Assembly: GCA_009859145.1 (NCBI GenBank)
Contig: VRVR01000021.1
Location: 20,001-268,000 of the forward strand
DNA length: 248,000 nt
Direction of reading: 5' to 3'
Source: Andalucia godoyi And28
Lineage: Eukaryota; Protista; Jakobida
This document shows positions 177,385 through 188,078 of the stretch, one piece after another. The position numbers and the translations under genes are program-made. Each line of letters starts with the position of its first letter. Position 1 is the stretch's first letter. Under the pieces are notes generated by a model. The model was not told the DNA's origin. It worked only from the letters and a program-made list of their open reading frames with translations, and searched no databases.

Positions 177385-177515
177385 TTATACTTACCTTAGC
177401 AGCCGTGCTTTCTAACTCCCTTTTTTTGTTTTGTTGTTGATGCATTCCACCTTCAAACACTCGGGGTGAAGTAAGACGTTTCCTTAAAAGCCGCCCCCCT
177501 CTTCTCATATGTTTC

Positions 177516-180338
177516 GTGATACAAAAAAAAAATATGTACTCCGTATATAAAACCGCAATGAAAACATACAACCATAGGACAAAACACACTTCCACCTCGA
177601 CGCACTTGACTTCCTCTGCGTCACGTGCAGAAGTCCCCCCAAACGTGCACACCGTCTGGCCCACCGCTCACTGTACGGTTGTGCATCGCTTGATTCTGAG
177701 GAGGGGTTTTTGGCGCCTCTTTCGCCGACTTTTTGCAGATCAGGTGCTCGCAGAAGAATATCGTTTCTGGACTGGAGACGCAGAAAAACAGACAAAGACA
177801 GAGAGGGAAAGAGGGATGAGAAAAGTGTCAGGGGATGAATCACAGACGAGCGCAAGAAGGTTGTTGTTGGATGACGCAGACTCTCTGGCGTTCCTGTACA
177901 GAACGTGTCCGGACCTATTCGAGTATCATGTGTTTCTGTTCAGCGATGTTGTTTATTCGTATGATCCATCGGCGCCGCGGTTGCGACGAGATGAGAACCT
178001 CCGGGTGCTTTTGGATGGAAGACATGTTCTTGTAATGCATCCTCCATCCGAGGATTACGACGCTCCGTTTCTGACGTTCTTTGGAACCAGTTCTGTGATC
178101 GACAGCTACAAGTATTGGACAGCACGAGCCACGGCATATCCGGGATTGAATACGCAGTCATCCGAGCTTTTTGCTTCGCTGTCTTTCCAAGCTGGGCGAT
178201 GTGGGTACTGGAATATCGATAAGCTGATGGAGCCTCCGTCGAAAGCAGTCTCAAATTCGTTCGTGCGGTTTGCGAGAGTCCAGTCTGCGTTCATTCTGCG
178301 GGAATTTCTGCATTACTTCAGAGGGCTCGATTTCAATGCTCGAGACGCATTCTTCAAATTCTCGGAGCGGCTTCCCGCACAAGAAATCAAGCAGTTTGAT
178401 TTTCAAGATTTGGTAGAACGGACAAGGAAAAACGATCTTGCTCCAACTCCACCACTTATGGTTTCCGATGCAATCGTCACCGAAGTCGCCAGGCAGGAAG
178501 CTCATCGGCAGCAGCTGGATCAGCTGGATCAGCTGGCGAAGGATCAGCAACAGAACGGAATTGCAAACACAAGCCATCCCGTACCACCACCCGCGGATGC
178601 TGCCGTCTTGTCTGCACAGCTGTCGCCTCAAACGTCGCCCCAACGGTCGCCTCGCCGATCTCCTCCGCAGGCACGACCTGTGAATTTCATTGAAGCACGT
178701 TCTAGTCTTGTCAGTGCACCGTCACTGAGGCGGTTGGTTGCGGCGCCATTGGGGTCGTCCGCTGTTTCTCAGACACGGATTCAGGAAGTAGAGGCAATTC
178801 ACGGAGCGCTGCAGGTTTTGATCGCGTATGATGAGAACGATCACATGTTGCCGTGGTACGTGGATCCGTTGGGCGAACAGCCTCCTTCACCCTCACGGAA
178901 ACAGAAGCTGTTCGAAGTTTTTGCAACTTGTGGACTTCTGGACATTCTATGGAGATGCGAAAACTTTCAGTCCTTTTTCGACCTATTGTCAAGATATCTC
179001 GAATTGCGAGATTTGGACATGTTAGTCGGGTATCTTACGTCTTGCAAAAACGGTCTTGTTTTTCCTTGGCACTTTAACCATCTAATGTCTGCTATCGTCG
179101 CGAAAGCGCTGCTTTGCAAATACGATCGCAAGGTGGAGCGGGGCAAGCGCCCTGCGATGGATAAGGATGTGCCACGTTTGCACCCCTTTGTATCCCAGAA
179201 TTGGCGGTTCCTTGTGCTTTCCAAGTTCAAATTTGCCGAGTTGTGCCTCCTGACGGAAAAGGGAGCAGAGGCAGCAAAGTTGTTGGCCGACAAGGATGTT
179301 CAGGTTGTCTCCTTCCATGTTCGCAAGCTTTTGAAGCAATTGTCCAGCTCTTTCCGCAGCGTTATGAAGTCCGCTTCAAAATTGCCCATTGTACATATGG
179401 TGGATCAAGCCCAGACGTGTTATCGCGGCGTTATTCCAGTGTTCTGTTTTGATGTGGAGGGATTCAAGGAGTACGTGAATGCAACGCGGACATGGATCCT
179501 CGTATCTGCTTTTGCTCATGGATTCAGCTGTGGGACACAAGCCACTCGGTGCGCAGAGCAGCTGATTGTTGATGGTGTCCTGTTCGAACCGGATCCATCG
179601 GCGGATGATGAGCCACCCGCAAAGCTCCGTCGATCATCATCTGCCGACGAGGGCAGTGATGCCAAGATTTTATCCAGACCATCGATTCCTTTTCCGCTTC
179701 TCAATAGCGATGATCATGGGTATGTCCACATGTGCATTTGGAAGAACGTTTCAAGCCTCCAGATGGAGGCGCAAGCCAACTGGGAGTCGTTTTTCAGCTC
179801 GCATTCACGATCATCATTGAATCTTCTTCCCTACACGTATCTCGTCTTTGTCCCAGCCTCCAAGGCATTTCGAAAGTCTCTGAAAAATCTGCTTCCAGAA
179901 TCCCTTCTTCTAATCTGCGCAGATTATGAAGAAAACGTGGCCGCTGGGGGACGAGAGTACCTTGAGCTTCGTGAATGTGTGGTTGCGATGCAGTATCCAT
180001 TTGCCAAGAAGGCGACAGTGGATCTGACGGACGAAGCGAACGGCAATGATTCTCGAATTGCAGATATTCAGGCCTTTGCGCAATCCACACAAAGTCGTAG
180101 TCGTCCTACTGTTCTTCGTGTCATGATGTTGTTCCGCCTTGGAGGGCTACGAATCGCTCCGACGTGCATCCCGTCTCTGAAGGACTGTGTGAACAAGCTC
180201 AATCCGTACGTGATGCCTTCTCTTCGCCGGAGCCTTCGCGACATTGCTGTTTCGCTTTTGGGGATCGATGACGATCAAGAACGCGAGCGCATGCTGAAAG
180301 AGTACTGCGAGGGCATATTTACTGTAGAGGATTCGTAA
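177516..180338 (+). CDS. Large hypothetical protein; start probably near 177818
   Basis: 940-aa ORF. Confidence 0.55.
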   Translation: MIQKKNMYSVYKTAMKTYNHRTKHTSTSTHLTSSASRAEVPPNVHTVWPTAHCTVVHRLILRRGFWRLFRRLFADQVLAEEYRFWTGDAEKQTKTERERGMRKVSGDESQTSARRLLLDDADSLAFLYRTCPDLFEYHVFLFSDVVYSYDPSAPRLRRDENLRVLLDGRHVLVMHPPSEDYDAPFLTFFGTSSVIDSYKYWTARATAYPGLNTQSSELFASLSFQAGRCGYWNIDKLMEPPSKAVSNSFVRFARVQSAFILREFLHYFRGLDFNARDAFFKFSERLPAQEIKQFDFQDLVERTRKNDLAPTPPLMVSDAIVTEVARQEAHRQQLDQLDQLAKDQQQNGIANTSHPVPPPADAAVLSAQLSPQTSPQRSPRRSPPQARPVNFIEARSSLVSAPSLRRLVAAPLGSSAVSQTRIQEVEAIHGALQVLIAYDENDHMLPWYVDPLGEQPPSPSRKQKLFEVFATCGLLDILWRCENFQSFFDLLSRYLELRDLDMLVGYLTSCKNGLVFPWHFNHLMSAIVAKALLCKYDRKVERGKRPAMDKDVPRLHPFVSQNWRFLVLSKFKFAELCLLTEKGAEAAKLLADKDVQVVSFHVRKLLKQLSSSFRSVMKSASKLPIVHMVDQAQTCYRGVIPVFCFDVEGFKEYVNATRTWILVSAFAHGFSCGTQATRCAEQLIVDGVLFEPDPSADDEPPAKLRRSSSADEGSDAKILSRPSIPFPLLNSDDHGYVHMCIWKNVSSLQMEAQANWESFFSSHSRSSLNLLPYTYLVFVPASKAFRKSLKNLLPESLLLICADYEENVAAGGREYLELRECVVAMQYPFAKKATVDLTDEANGNDSRIADIQAFAQSTQSRSRPTVLRVMMLFRLGGLRIAPTCIPSLKDCVNKLNPYVMPSLRRSLRDIAVSLLGIDDDQERERMLKEYCEGIFTVEDS

Positions 180339-181026
180339 GAATTACCACTGTTATTAAGGGGATTTTTGTTAATTTAAAGTTTACAGCCAACCGCAGTGAT
180401 GTGAGATGATGCTTTTTTTGGTTAGAAAGCCGCCTATTTTGGAATGAACTGCCGCTACGGTTGGCGAAAATAAAAAAGTTGGCGCGCACACCGTTTGGAC
180501 GAAGGATTTCTGTGTGCTGAATGGTTTACGAAATAAAAAACGATCTCCAGATGAAACTGCAAACAATCTTAAAACACGCCTACTTATGAAGCGCACGGAA
180601 AACTTGGAAATGGAAAGCCAGGACCCTACATCACTGAGAGAAAACGACAGCGGGGCCGCAGCAGGGCCGACCACGAACATTGCAAGACAGGAAATAGCTC
180701 CTTCGAATCATGATTCCATATTTTGACTACAGCGTGCAGGAATGCATGCCGTGATCCTACGTGGCACCTTCGAAAAAATCTGCAAGAAAACATCAAATGA
180801 AAACACTTTTCGAGTGCGTTCATTCGCGTGAGCGGTGTTGTGCCCGGATTTATTCAACAGTACAGCTGCCCCAGCTGCGGCAGTTCATTCCAGAAAAGAC
180901 GTCTTTCTAACCAAAAAAAACATCATCTCACATCACTGCAGTTGGTTGTAATTAACTAAAAAGAAAATATTCGTACTTGCTTGAATCTTGCACTGGCTGG
181001 ACATGCGGGCGAGGTTACAGGCTTTT

Positions 181027-181748
181027 TTACAGCTTCCAGGCGCTTCGGACCATTTCCTCAAAGTAGTCATCCGTATCGATCGAAGCACTGATGTCTGCAT
181101 AGTAGTCAAGCCACTCGTCCTGCGAGATCTTCCCATCCTTGTTCCCCTTGGTTCCTTCAAAGGTCTGGAGGAATCCATCAAGGACCTGCCTTTCGGTGAG
181201 TTCTCCAGCACGAACCTTCGGATGGTTCTTCGCATTGTACACTCCGGAAATGTCATTAAACGAGATTTCTCCAGAACCATCCTTGTCAAACTTTGCAAAA
181301 GCAAGCAATGCAACCTTTTTGCGCGCTTCATTCAAGTCTCCACGCACTGCCCGAAGGAACTCATCGAGATTGAGAGTTCCAGACCCATCGCGGTCAAACG
181401 AGCTAATTAGCGTCGCAGCCTCTGCTTTCGACACCTTCACTCCATAGTCAGAAAGCCCGCTCGAAATCTCCTCTGCATCAAGCTGATCATTTTGTTTAGT
181501 ATTCAAGCTTACATCAAAATCCATCTCAAAAGAAATATTCAAAAAACAACAACAACAAACAAACAAAAAAAAAAACACATTCAAACACACCAAGAAAATG
181601 CGGGAGGATGAAAGAGAGAACGGAAGAAACGTACTTGGCGGTTTCGATTGTTGTCGAGATTACGAAGAACCGAGGCAAGTCCGCGCTGGGACATGCTTCC
181701 GCGGGACTTCAAGCCACTGCGAATACGGTCAAGGATAGCTTCTGCCAT
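181027..181748 (-). CDS. CAPS: Calcyphosin-like EF-hand protein, one intron
   Basis: MAEAILDRIR...RGLASVLRNLDNNRNR exon; DRDGSGTLN, DKDGSG, HPKVRAGE and YYADISASID.DDYF. Confidence 0.85.
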
Positions 181749-182221
181749 CTGTGAAAATAATAATAATAATAACGAATCAGCTCGATCTCTCGATAAGGAA
181801 GGAAGAAAGAAGAAAAGAAACGGCAAACTGAAAGTAAATCCAAGAGAAGAAAACTGCTCCTTAGACATGTCATGGGTCTCAGGTTTGGGGAGACCCAAGT
181901 GGGTCTGGGTCTTTGGAATGGCCTTGTCGGGTCAGACGCCGGGTCTGCGGCGAAATGTGATTACGACAGCTACAGTATATAGCAAAAGTCTTCTGTCGGT
182001 AAGACGTTGTTTGACGGCTCGGTTGCGTGTCACGCAGTGAAAACCAGAATATTTGTTTATTTTCTTGGAGAAGTGATTTTGCTCTTCTTATGGGTTAAAA
182101 GGAGGGCATCAGATTCCATTCTGATCGTCGTTGGTGCTGGCTTTGCACATCGAGACAGTCGAATCGTCTGTTTTGTCATTCAAAAATTGTGAGTCATCAT
182201 TCTCATGATGGCCACCTTCGG

Positions 182222-182773
182222 TCACCCATTCGCGCACGAGTCGCCTTCGTGGCAGAGCGCGGTGCACCGACGGTTGTTCTTGATGCATGGACAGTGTGAG
182301 CTGGAGCATTTCTTTTTCGCTCTCCTACAGTTACAGAAGCGCGGTCCGTCGTTTGACAATATTGGCTCGATACCCGTTGAATGCTTCATCCCAGCTTCGG
182401 AGACGGATATCGTTTCCACTGTCTCTTGGCTTTGGTATTTTTGGAACATGGCTCGGAGTTGCGCATCTTGGTTTGTTGTTCCTTTGGGAGCAAGTGCCAC
182501 GAGAGCAGAAGACTTCATCGCGGGCTCAACTAGCTTTCCTTCAAAGAGGACCTTGTATGAATCCATCGGCTTTCCTGTTCTTCGGTTGCGCATCCGCTCT
182601 GCGACAACTCCAGGCTGTCTCACTGTCTTCGAAAGCAGATCATGATCGCGACACGGTACTGTGGATGAGCTTGGTGCACAGCGCTCAGTCATGTTGAGTA
182701 GGTGTCGGATCGAAAGCAAGAAGAAATTGCAAAGGACCAATTGTTGACTTCTTTTCGCAAGCATCGCATTCAA
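182222..182773 (-). CDS. Small protein with C-terminal CXC (tesmin-like) Cys cluster
   Basis: FCNCRRAKKKCSSSHCPCIKNNRRCTALCH. Confidence 0.5.
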   Translation of the reverse strand: MNAMLAKRSQQLVLCNFFLLSIRHLLNMTERCAPSSSTVPCRDHDLLSKTVRQPGVVAERMRNRRTGKPMDSYKVLFEGKLVEPAMKSSALVALAPKGTTNQDAQLRAMFQKYQSQETVETISVSEAGMKHSTGIEPILSNDGPRFCNCRRAKKKCSSSHCPCIKNNRRCTALCHEGDSCANG

Positions 182774-183449
182774 AGGTGAATGTGATGTTGACAGTGGAAA
182801 ACCCGGGACCTCCCTAGCCCTGGTCTATCACCGCCGCCATCGAGGATTGCAGCAGACACGTCGTAGAAATCCAAATTCTGTCTACCCAATCTCTGAAAAC
182901 ACATCAGGACAGGAACAGAAGTAAAAAGAAAACGGCAAGTGCAAAACACCACAGCAGCAAACGGGTCCGCAAGACAATTGCCTGGATGTGGAGATGACGG
183001 TTTCATTGCACAAGTGCTTCTGGCTGCACAGTTTCTCGATATGGGTAGAGCGGGAACGGAATCAGTGCTGCTGGACATCAGCGAGCTCGTTTCTGTGCTC
183101 TGAGCACAACGGCTGCGCAAAACGGAAGACTTGTGCAGAATCAGCAGGATGCCTGCCAAGCGTGTATCCAATGCACAATCTTGCTTCTGAGAGCAGTCCG
183201 TCGATGCAGGCGCATGCCGATGCACTAAATACATGAACAGCACAGAGAAAAACAGAAATGAATGATGGTTTTATGACCTAATTAATCAAAAAACACAACT
183301 CTGCAGGGAGGCAGCCAAAAGCGACGATTTTTGAGATACAAAGAGATATTGTTGTGGACGATGCATATACTCGAAATCGCATCTTGGTATTGAGTTGGAA
183401 CAGAGACATAACAGAAATGCGCAGCCATGCGAATCGACTTTGGACGGCT

Positions 183450-183545
183450 CAAACAAACGTGCTCGTGTCGGCCAGTATTGACCGTGTCTGTTTCTTCTGT
183501 ATACTTCCGTATGCATGACAATGACGTGTTATTATTCAGCGGTTG
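183450..183545 (-). repeat. Family A 5' fragment
   Basis: gtgtcggccagtattgaccgtgtctg...ttccgtatgcatga.aatgacgtgttattattca matches 125715-125790. Confidence 0.8.
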
Positions 183546-183705
183546 AATTTTTGGATTCTTGACTTCAGAGAGGTCATTCAGAAGTCAGAAGTCAGAACTT
183601 TCTTTGGTCCAAATGCAACGTGCTGCTGACGGATCACGGATCACGGAAGATGACATGCAAACTACAGAAGTCGATGAATTGCATTCGATTTACCAGTATC
183701 ACGAC

Positions 183706-186700
183706 TCAGGAAGACTTCAAGCCGTGCGCAATGATGACGGATACATCATCAAATCGGCGAGAGGTCTTGTTAAAGTTCCGTTCGCAGAGAAAATGTGCAA
183801 AAGTTTCGAGCAGACCGACGCGTTCTTCCGGGGTCCTCTTTGCAAGCTGGAACAGTCCATGGTCCTTTGATTTGTTGAGAACGTACATGTTCTCTTGATC
183901 AACACTGTGCTTGGAGGTTTTTTCGATGGATGGGAGATATGCCCATAATCCGTCTGAAGCAATGACCATCAGAAACTCACGAATTTCCCGGCCCCGTCGC
184001 AGAGATCGAAGCTCGTTCTTCGGCAACTTTGCAAGCATCTCGAGCAACACACGATCCTCTTCTTTGATTTCTGTTTGTGCAGACTGAGTGGGTGCTTCAT
184101 CCACCACTTCAACGGCGTCACTCTCTGGTGGGCCAGACTCCCTGCACAGAGCTTCCTCGGATGCATCGGCAGCTTCAACCGCACTCGAGGCAGAAACGGT
184201 CGAGGAAGCAGAAGAGGACGGGGAGAAGGAAGGTGAGTCATGCCGGATGTCCGTGTGGAGCAAGTCCAAGTCTCCAGAACCGTCTGTTTTGGAGGGGGTC
184301 TCGGCATCCTCAGCAGCGCACGATATGCCCTCCGTCCCAACGGATAGTGACGGTGGAGTCTGAAGTTTGGAAAAGAGCATTTCTGCAGCAGCGGAATCTG
184401 CAGTGTACGACTTGTCACCGAATACCCGGGCTTCTCCGCAACGAAGGACGCCCACTACACCAATATCCGGCTCAGCCAGCATCATCCTTCTGTTCGGAAG
184501 GAGCTTAAACAGGAAATCACCGAATGAGCGAGCAACGGAAAGACGTTTGGTAGGATCCAAGTGCAGACTCTCTGCAGCCTGACGATACTCGCTGTCGGAG
184601 CTCTTGACCGAAATCCCGCAGTCCCGGAACGCAAAACGCTCATGCGTCTCCAGCGTCGCGCGTTCCGCAAAAGGAACGTCCAAGATGCGGTCATTATGCG
184701 CAAGCAAGACGTCCTCGTACTCCTTGGGCTTCAGTGACTTTTTTGTGCCCGTAGAATGCGTCACAAACTGTCCATTCGCCCAGAAAGCATTTTCGAAACA
184801 GTCTGCCCGACCCCAGTAGTGATCATGAGTTGCATGGACCACCTCGGCGTCCGTCAGGACCACCAAACGAGAATCGCCAACATGCAGTGTTAGAATAAGC
184901 GAACCGACGACGAGGGCCATGCAAAACGTCGAACCGTCGTCCTGCAAGTGAGGCTTTCCTTGACGCATGAACAACTTCCGCGAGCCAAACGACATGTGGG
185001 TCAGCATGCCGCTTCCACCTGGATTTCCATTGAGACTCACGACGGACGCTTCTTCCGACACGCCCAGATCCGAAGACACTGGAGTGCTAGATGCGTTGCC
185101 ATTTCCGCCGTTCCCGCAACGAAGACTCTCGCAGATTCTTCTGGTTTCGGAAATATAGTCGTTGTCAACCGTCTCAAGCGCGGCACATATCCTGCTTTTG
185201 ACAGCCTCTGTTGCTTTTTCGCAGGCTTGGGCGAGTTCTTCGGTGGCCAACCCTTCCTTTGAAGATCCACAGTCCATTAAAAGATAATCGCACGGATGCT
185301 GCAGCACATCTTGCTGAATAATGCCGGGGATGCGTCGCATTATGAAGTCTGCGCACGTTGAACCACCATGGCCATCGGCGACCGCAAGAATCGTTCCTAC
185401 AGCCCCAGGTCCCTCTGAACTGTCCCATAAAATCTTTGCTACTGCCATCCTGTCTTCCATTGACTGCTTTTTCCGAGTGTCGCTGATCTGCCGAGTTCCG
185501 TCCACGTCATACCCAACCTTGTTCTTTGATGCTGCTGAAATGCGCAGAGATTCATGACGCTTCACAAGCTGTCGAAGTGCAGAAAAGTCCGACAGATCGG
185601 ATATGTTCTCAGCACTCGATACGTCCTCACTGCTGCCAAATCCAGAGGCCACCTCAGCCCATTCCAATGCCGACACCGCAATCGATCTCTCCGCATCCAA
185701 AAATCCAAACTCACTAGGAAGCTCGCCGTCCAGAATAGCAGTCAGTCGTCCGAACTTTTCAAGAGAGATTGCGACAGCATCAGCACCACCGACACCATCA
185801 TTATTATCACCATCATCATTGGCCTCATCTTCATCAAACTTAGCAGTGTCTATTGTTCGTTTCCGGGAGGCCTTCTTGGCGTTCCTCAAAGCAGCTTTTC
185901 TTTTAGGAACCGATTTTTTCGATTTGCTAGCCGCTTTGGAAGCAGCTGGCAAGCTCAATGAAAATTCCAAATTCCAGTCCGCGTGCCACGCATTGCCGAT
186001 CTCATTTCGTCTCCTCTTGCTCTTGCGACTGACCTCTGACCGATTCCATACATTTGTCAGCAGATACGTCATGTAAACAGGACTTTGTGCCACAATCGCC
186101 GCTACATCTCTGGCCTTCATTGCTGATTTTGCGATTCGTTTCTTGCAACCGGAAACAATGGAAACGCTTCTTGCAGCTCCAGATCCAACCGCCGAAAACA
186201 GATCTCGGAGAGAAACATACTCCAGAGACTCTTCATCTTGATCTCTTTCACTTGCTCCTTTCTCTTGGTTTTGTTGTTGTCGTCGCCGCGGAAGGACATG
186301 TGCAAGAGCGATGAAAAAAACATTTTCCAAAACCGAAATGTTGGATACTGGAATGTCCCAGGACATCATCCAATCATGAATCGACGCAAACACGGTATTC
186401 GAATCCAGATCCACAACCAATGGTGCGCCGCTCTCAAAGTGATAGAAACACATCGATATCGGTCGGTACGTATGAGCCAGATCAGACGGCAATAGCACAG
186501 TCGACAACGACTGGTAGTACGCCGCCGCCGAAGAAGAAGAAGATGATGATGAGAGTTTTGAAGCCGGCTTGCGCTTTGGAAGAATTCGCGGAATTCGAGG
186601 CCCAAAAAGCAGCATTTGGGTAGAAAACAGCTCGTGAAAATGGATCGAGAGGCACTGCAGGATCGGGGGCCGAGCGTACGTGGCTGATTTCGAAGCCCTT

Positions 186701-186909
186701 TGGTTCGACTTCATTCTTTCTTCTGTGGAGCGTTGTGCGGAGGGTGAGGCAGACGACACCAATGAGCTTAAAGCCTTGTAAAGAAGACGAAAACCAAAAA
186801 GCAAAAAGACAAAACACGAATGAATTTCATTATATAAGCATTTTTGGGTTTTCGTGCAAAAAAGAAATCGTCCAACTACAGCCGTTGATACTTGCAGTTT
186901 CCAAGTCAT
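183706..186909 (-). CDS. PP2C/PPM-family phosphatase with long insertions
   Basis: SMEDR, VADGHGG, DGST, HVGDSR, LSVARSFGD and IASDGLW...FDDVSV. Confidence 0.85.
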   Translation of the reverse strand: MTWKLQVSTAVVGRFLFCTKTQKCLYNEIHSCFVFLLFGFRLLYKALSSLVSSASPSAQRSTEERMKSNQRASKSATYARPPILQCLSIHFHELFSTQMLLFGPRIPRILPKRKPASKLSSSSSSSSAAAYYQSLSTVLLPSDLAHTYRPISMCFYHFESGAPLVVDLDSNTVFASIHDWMMSWDIPVSNISVLENVFFIALAHVLPRRRQQQNQEKGASERDQDEESLEYVSLRDLFSAVGSGAARSVSIVSGCKKRIAKSAMKARDVAAIVAQSPVYMTYLLTNVWNRSEVSRKSKRRRNEIGNAWHADWNLEFSLSLPAASKAASKSKKSVPKRKAALRNAKKASRKRTIDTAKFDEDEANDDGDNNDGVGGADAVAISLEKFGRLTAILDGELPSEFGFLDAERSIAVSALEWAEVASGFGSSEDVSSAENISDLSDFSALRQLVKRHESLRISAASKNKVGYDVDGTRQISDTRKKQSMEDRMAVAKILWDSSEGPGAVGTILAVADGHGGSTCADFIMRRIPGIIQQDVLQHPCDYLLMDCGSSKEGLATEELAQACEKATEAVKSRICAALETVDNDYISETRRICESLRCGNGGNGNASSTPVSSDLGVSEEASVVSLNGNPGGSGMLTHMSFGSRKLFMRQGKPHLQDDGSTFCMALVVGSLILTLHVGDSRLVVLTDAEVVHATHDHYWGRADCFENAFWANGQFVTHSTGTKKSLKPKEYEDVLLAHNDRILDVPFAERATLETHERFAFRDCGISVKSSDSEYRQAAESLHLDPTKRLSVARSFGDFLFKLLPNRRMMLAEPDIGVVGVLRCGEARVFGDKSYTADSAAAEMLFSKLQTPPSLSVGTEGISCAAEDAETPSKTDGSGDLDLLHTDIRHDSPSFSPSSSASSTVSASSAVEAADASEEALCRESGPPESDAVEVVDEAPTQSAQTEIKEEDRVLLEMLAKLPKNELRSLRRGREIREFLMVIASDGLWAYLPSIEKTSKHSVDQENMYVLNKSKDHGLFQLAKRTPEERVGLLETFAHFLCERNFNKTSRRFDDVSVIIAHGLKSS

Positions 186910-187644
186910 CCTACGACAGAACGATGATTATGGTTTTGCCCCTGGACAATTGAGTCGTAGGATCGATAGTCATGCAGCATTGCAATAGTATTGATGCAGT
187001 GTATCACGGGCAGATAAAAGAGTTCATATATATATATATATATAATGTATGTGTGTGTGTGTGAATAAATGAGAGTGAGGATTTACACAGCTTTTCCTGG
187101 ATGAAACTTGGAGAGAAATGCAAGCGTCAAGAGATGGGAAAAATCTGAGAAGAAAACATCATGGTCTAGCTCCCCGTCTGGATTCTTATAGACATTAAAA
187201 GTACAAAAGACCCTTAAAGAGAGCGTCCTTATCAAGAAAAGGAAAAGGAGAAAAAGAAAACAAAAGAAATACTAACAGAAGAAGTAAGCGAAAAGCGAAA
187301 AAATGAGGGAAATAAGCGAAATGGAGACACTTTGGAAGATTGCACGTTTGTCCTTGCAACTTTAAGTAATTCACCCCCCCGTTTTTTTATTTAATATTTT
187401 TTTACAGGCGGGAAAGCAGTCGGACAAGGCAGCGAGTGCCAGACGTGCGAAGGAACATAGCAAACGAGGAAGAGGAAGGGCCGAAGAGGGAGATTAGGCA
187501 ATTTACAAGGTGAAAGGGTTGTTGTTGTTGTTGTTGTTGTTGTGAGAAAGAAGACGCAGGAGAAGAAGAAGGAGGAATGCAAGAGTAGGAAATTTTAGAC
187601 TGTGCAGCTGGGTGATGATGGATTCTGGGATGGCTTGGAAGGAC

Positions 187645-188007
187645 CTATTTCGGAGGGGCCGCTCCAGAGACGGCTCGATCTGCGAGATAATCCGGCTGTG
187701 CAAGATGAATTCCACGTTCTGCAAGTGGAATGGAGAGATCGCCCGGCGTCAGGACAACCGCCGCTTCCTTTTTCGACGTTCTCTTGTCTCGGTTCCGCGC
187801 ATTCTGGATCGCCTCGTTGGAGATTTCAGAAATGTACTTTCGCGCCGCGAGTGCAATCAGCTTACGCACTACAGGATCCTCCGTCTCAAATCCAGCTTCC
187901 GCAAGCAAGTCGCACAGTACACCATCCGGAAGCTCGGGCTGGTACTCTTGAAGCTCCTTCAAAAGTTCCACAAGCGCACTCTTTTCCTTTTCCGCAGCTG
188001 CTGCCAT
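187645..188007 (-). CDS. TAF10: TFIID subunit TAF10
   Basis: LQEYQPELPDGV, GFETEDP.V.KLIALAA.KYISEI and VLTPGDL...L.E.GI. Confidence 0.9.
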   Translation of the reverse strand: MAAAAEKEKSALVELLKELQEYQPELPDGVLCDLLAEAGFETEDPVVRKLIALAARKYISEISNEAIQNARNRDKRTSKKEAAVVLTPGDLSIPLAERGIHLAQPDYLADRAVSGAAPPK

Positions 188008-188078
188008 CCCCTGTGTTTGTGTTTGTGTGTGTGCGTGTGTGGGCGGAGAGTCCTTGTTAGTAGCCGGGCGGAAATGCA

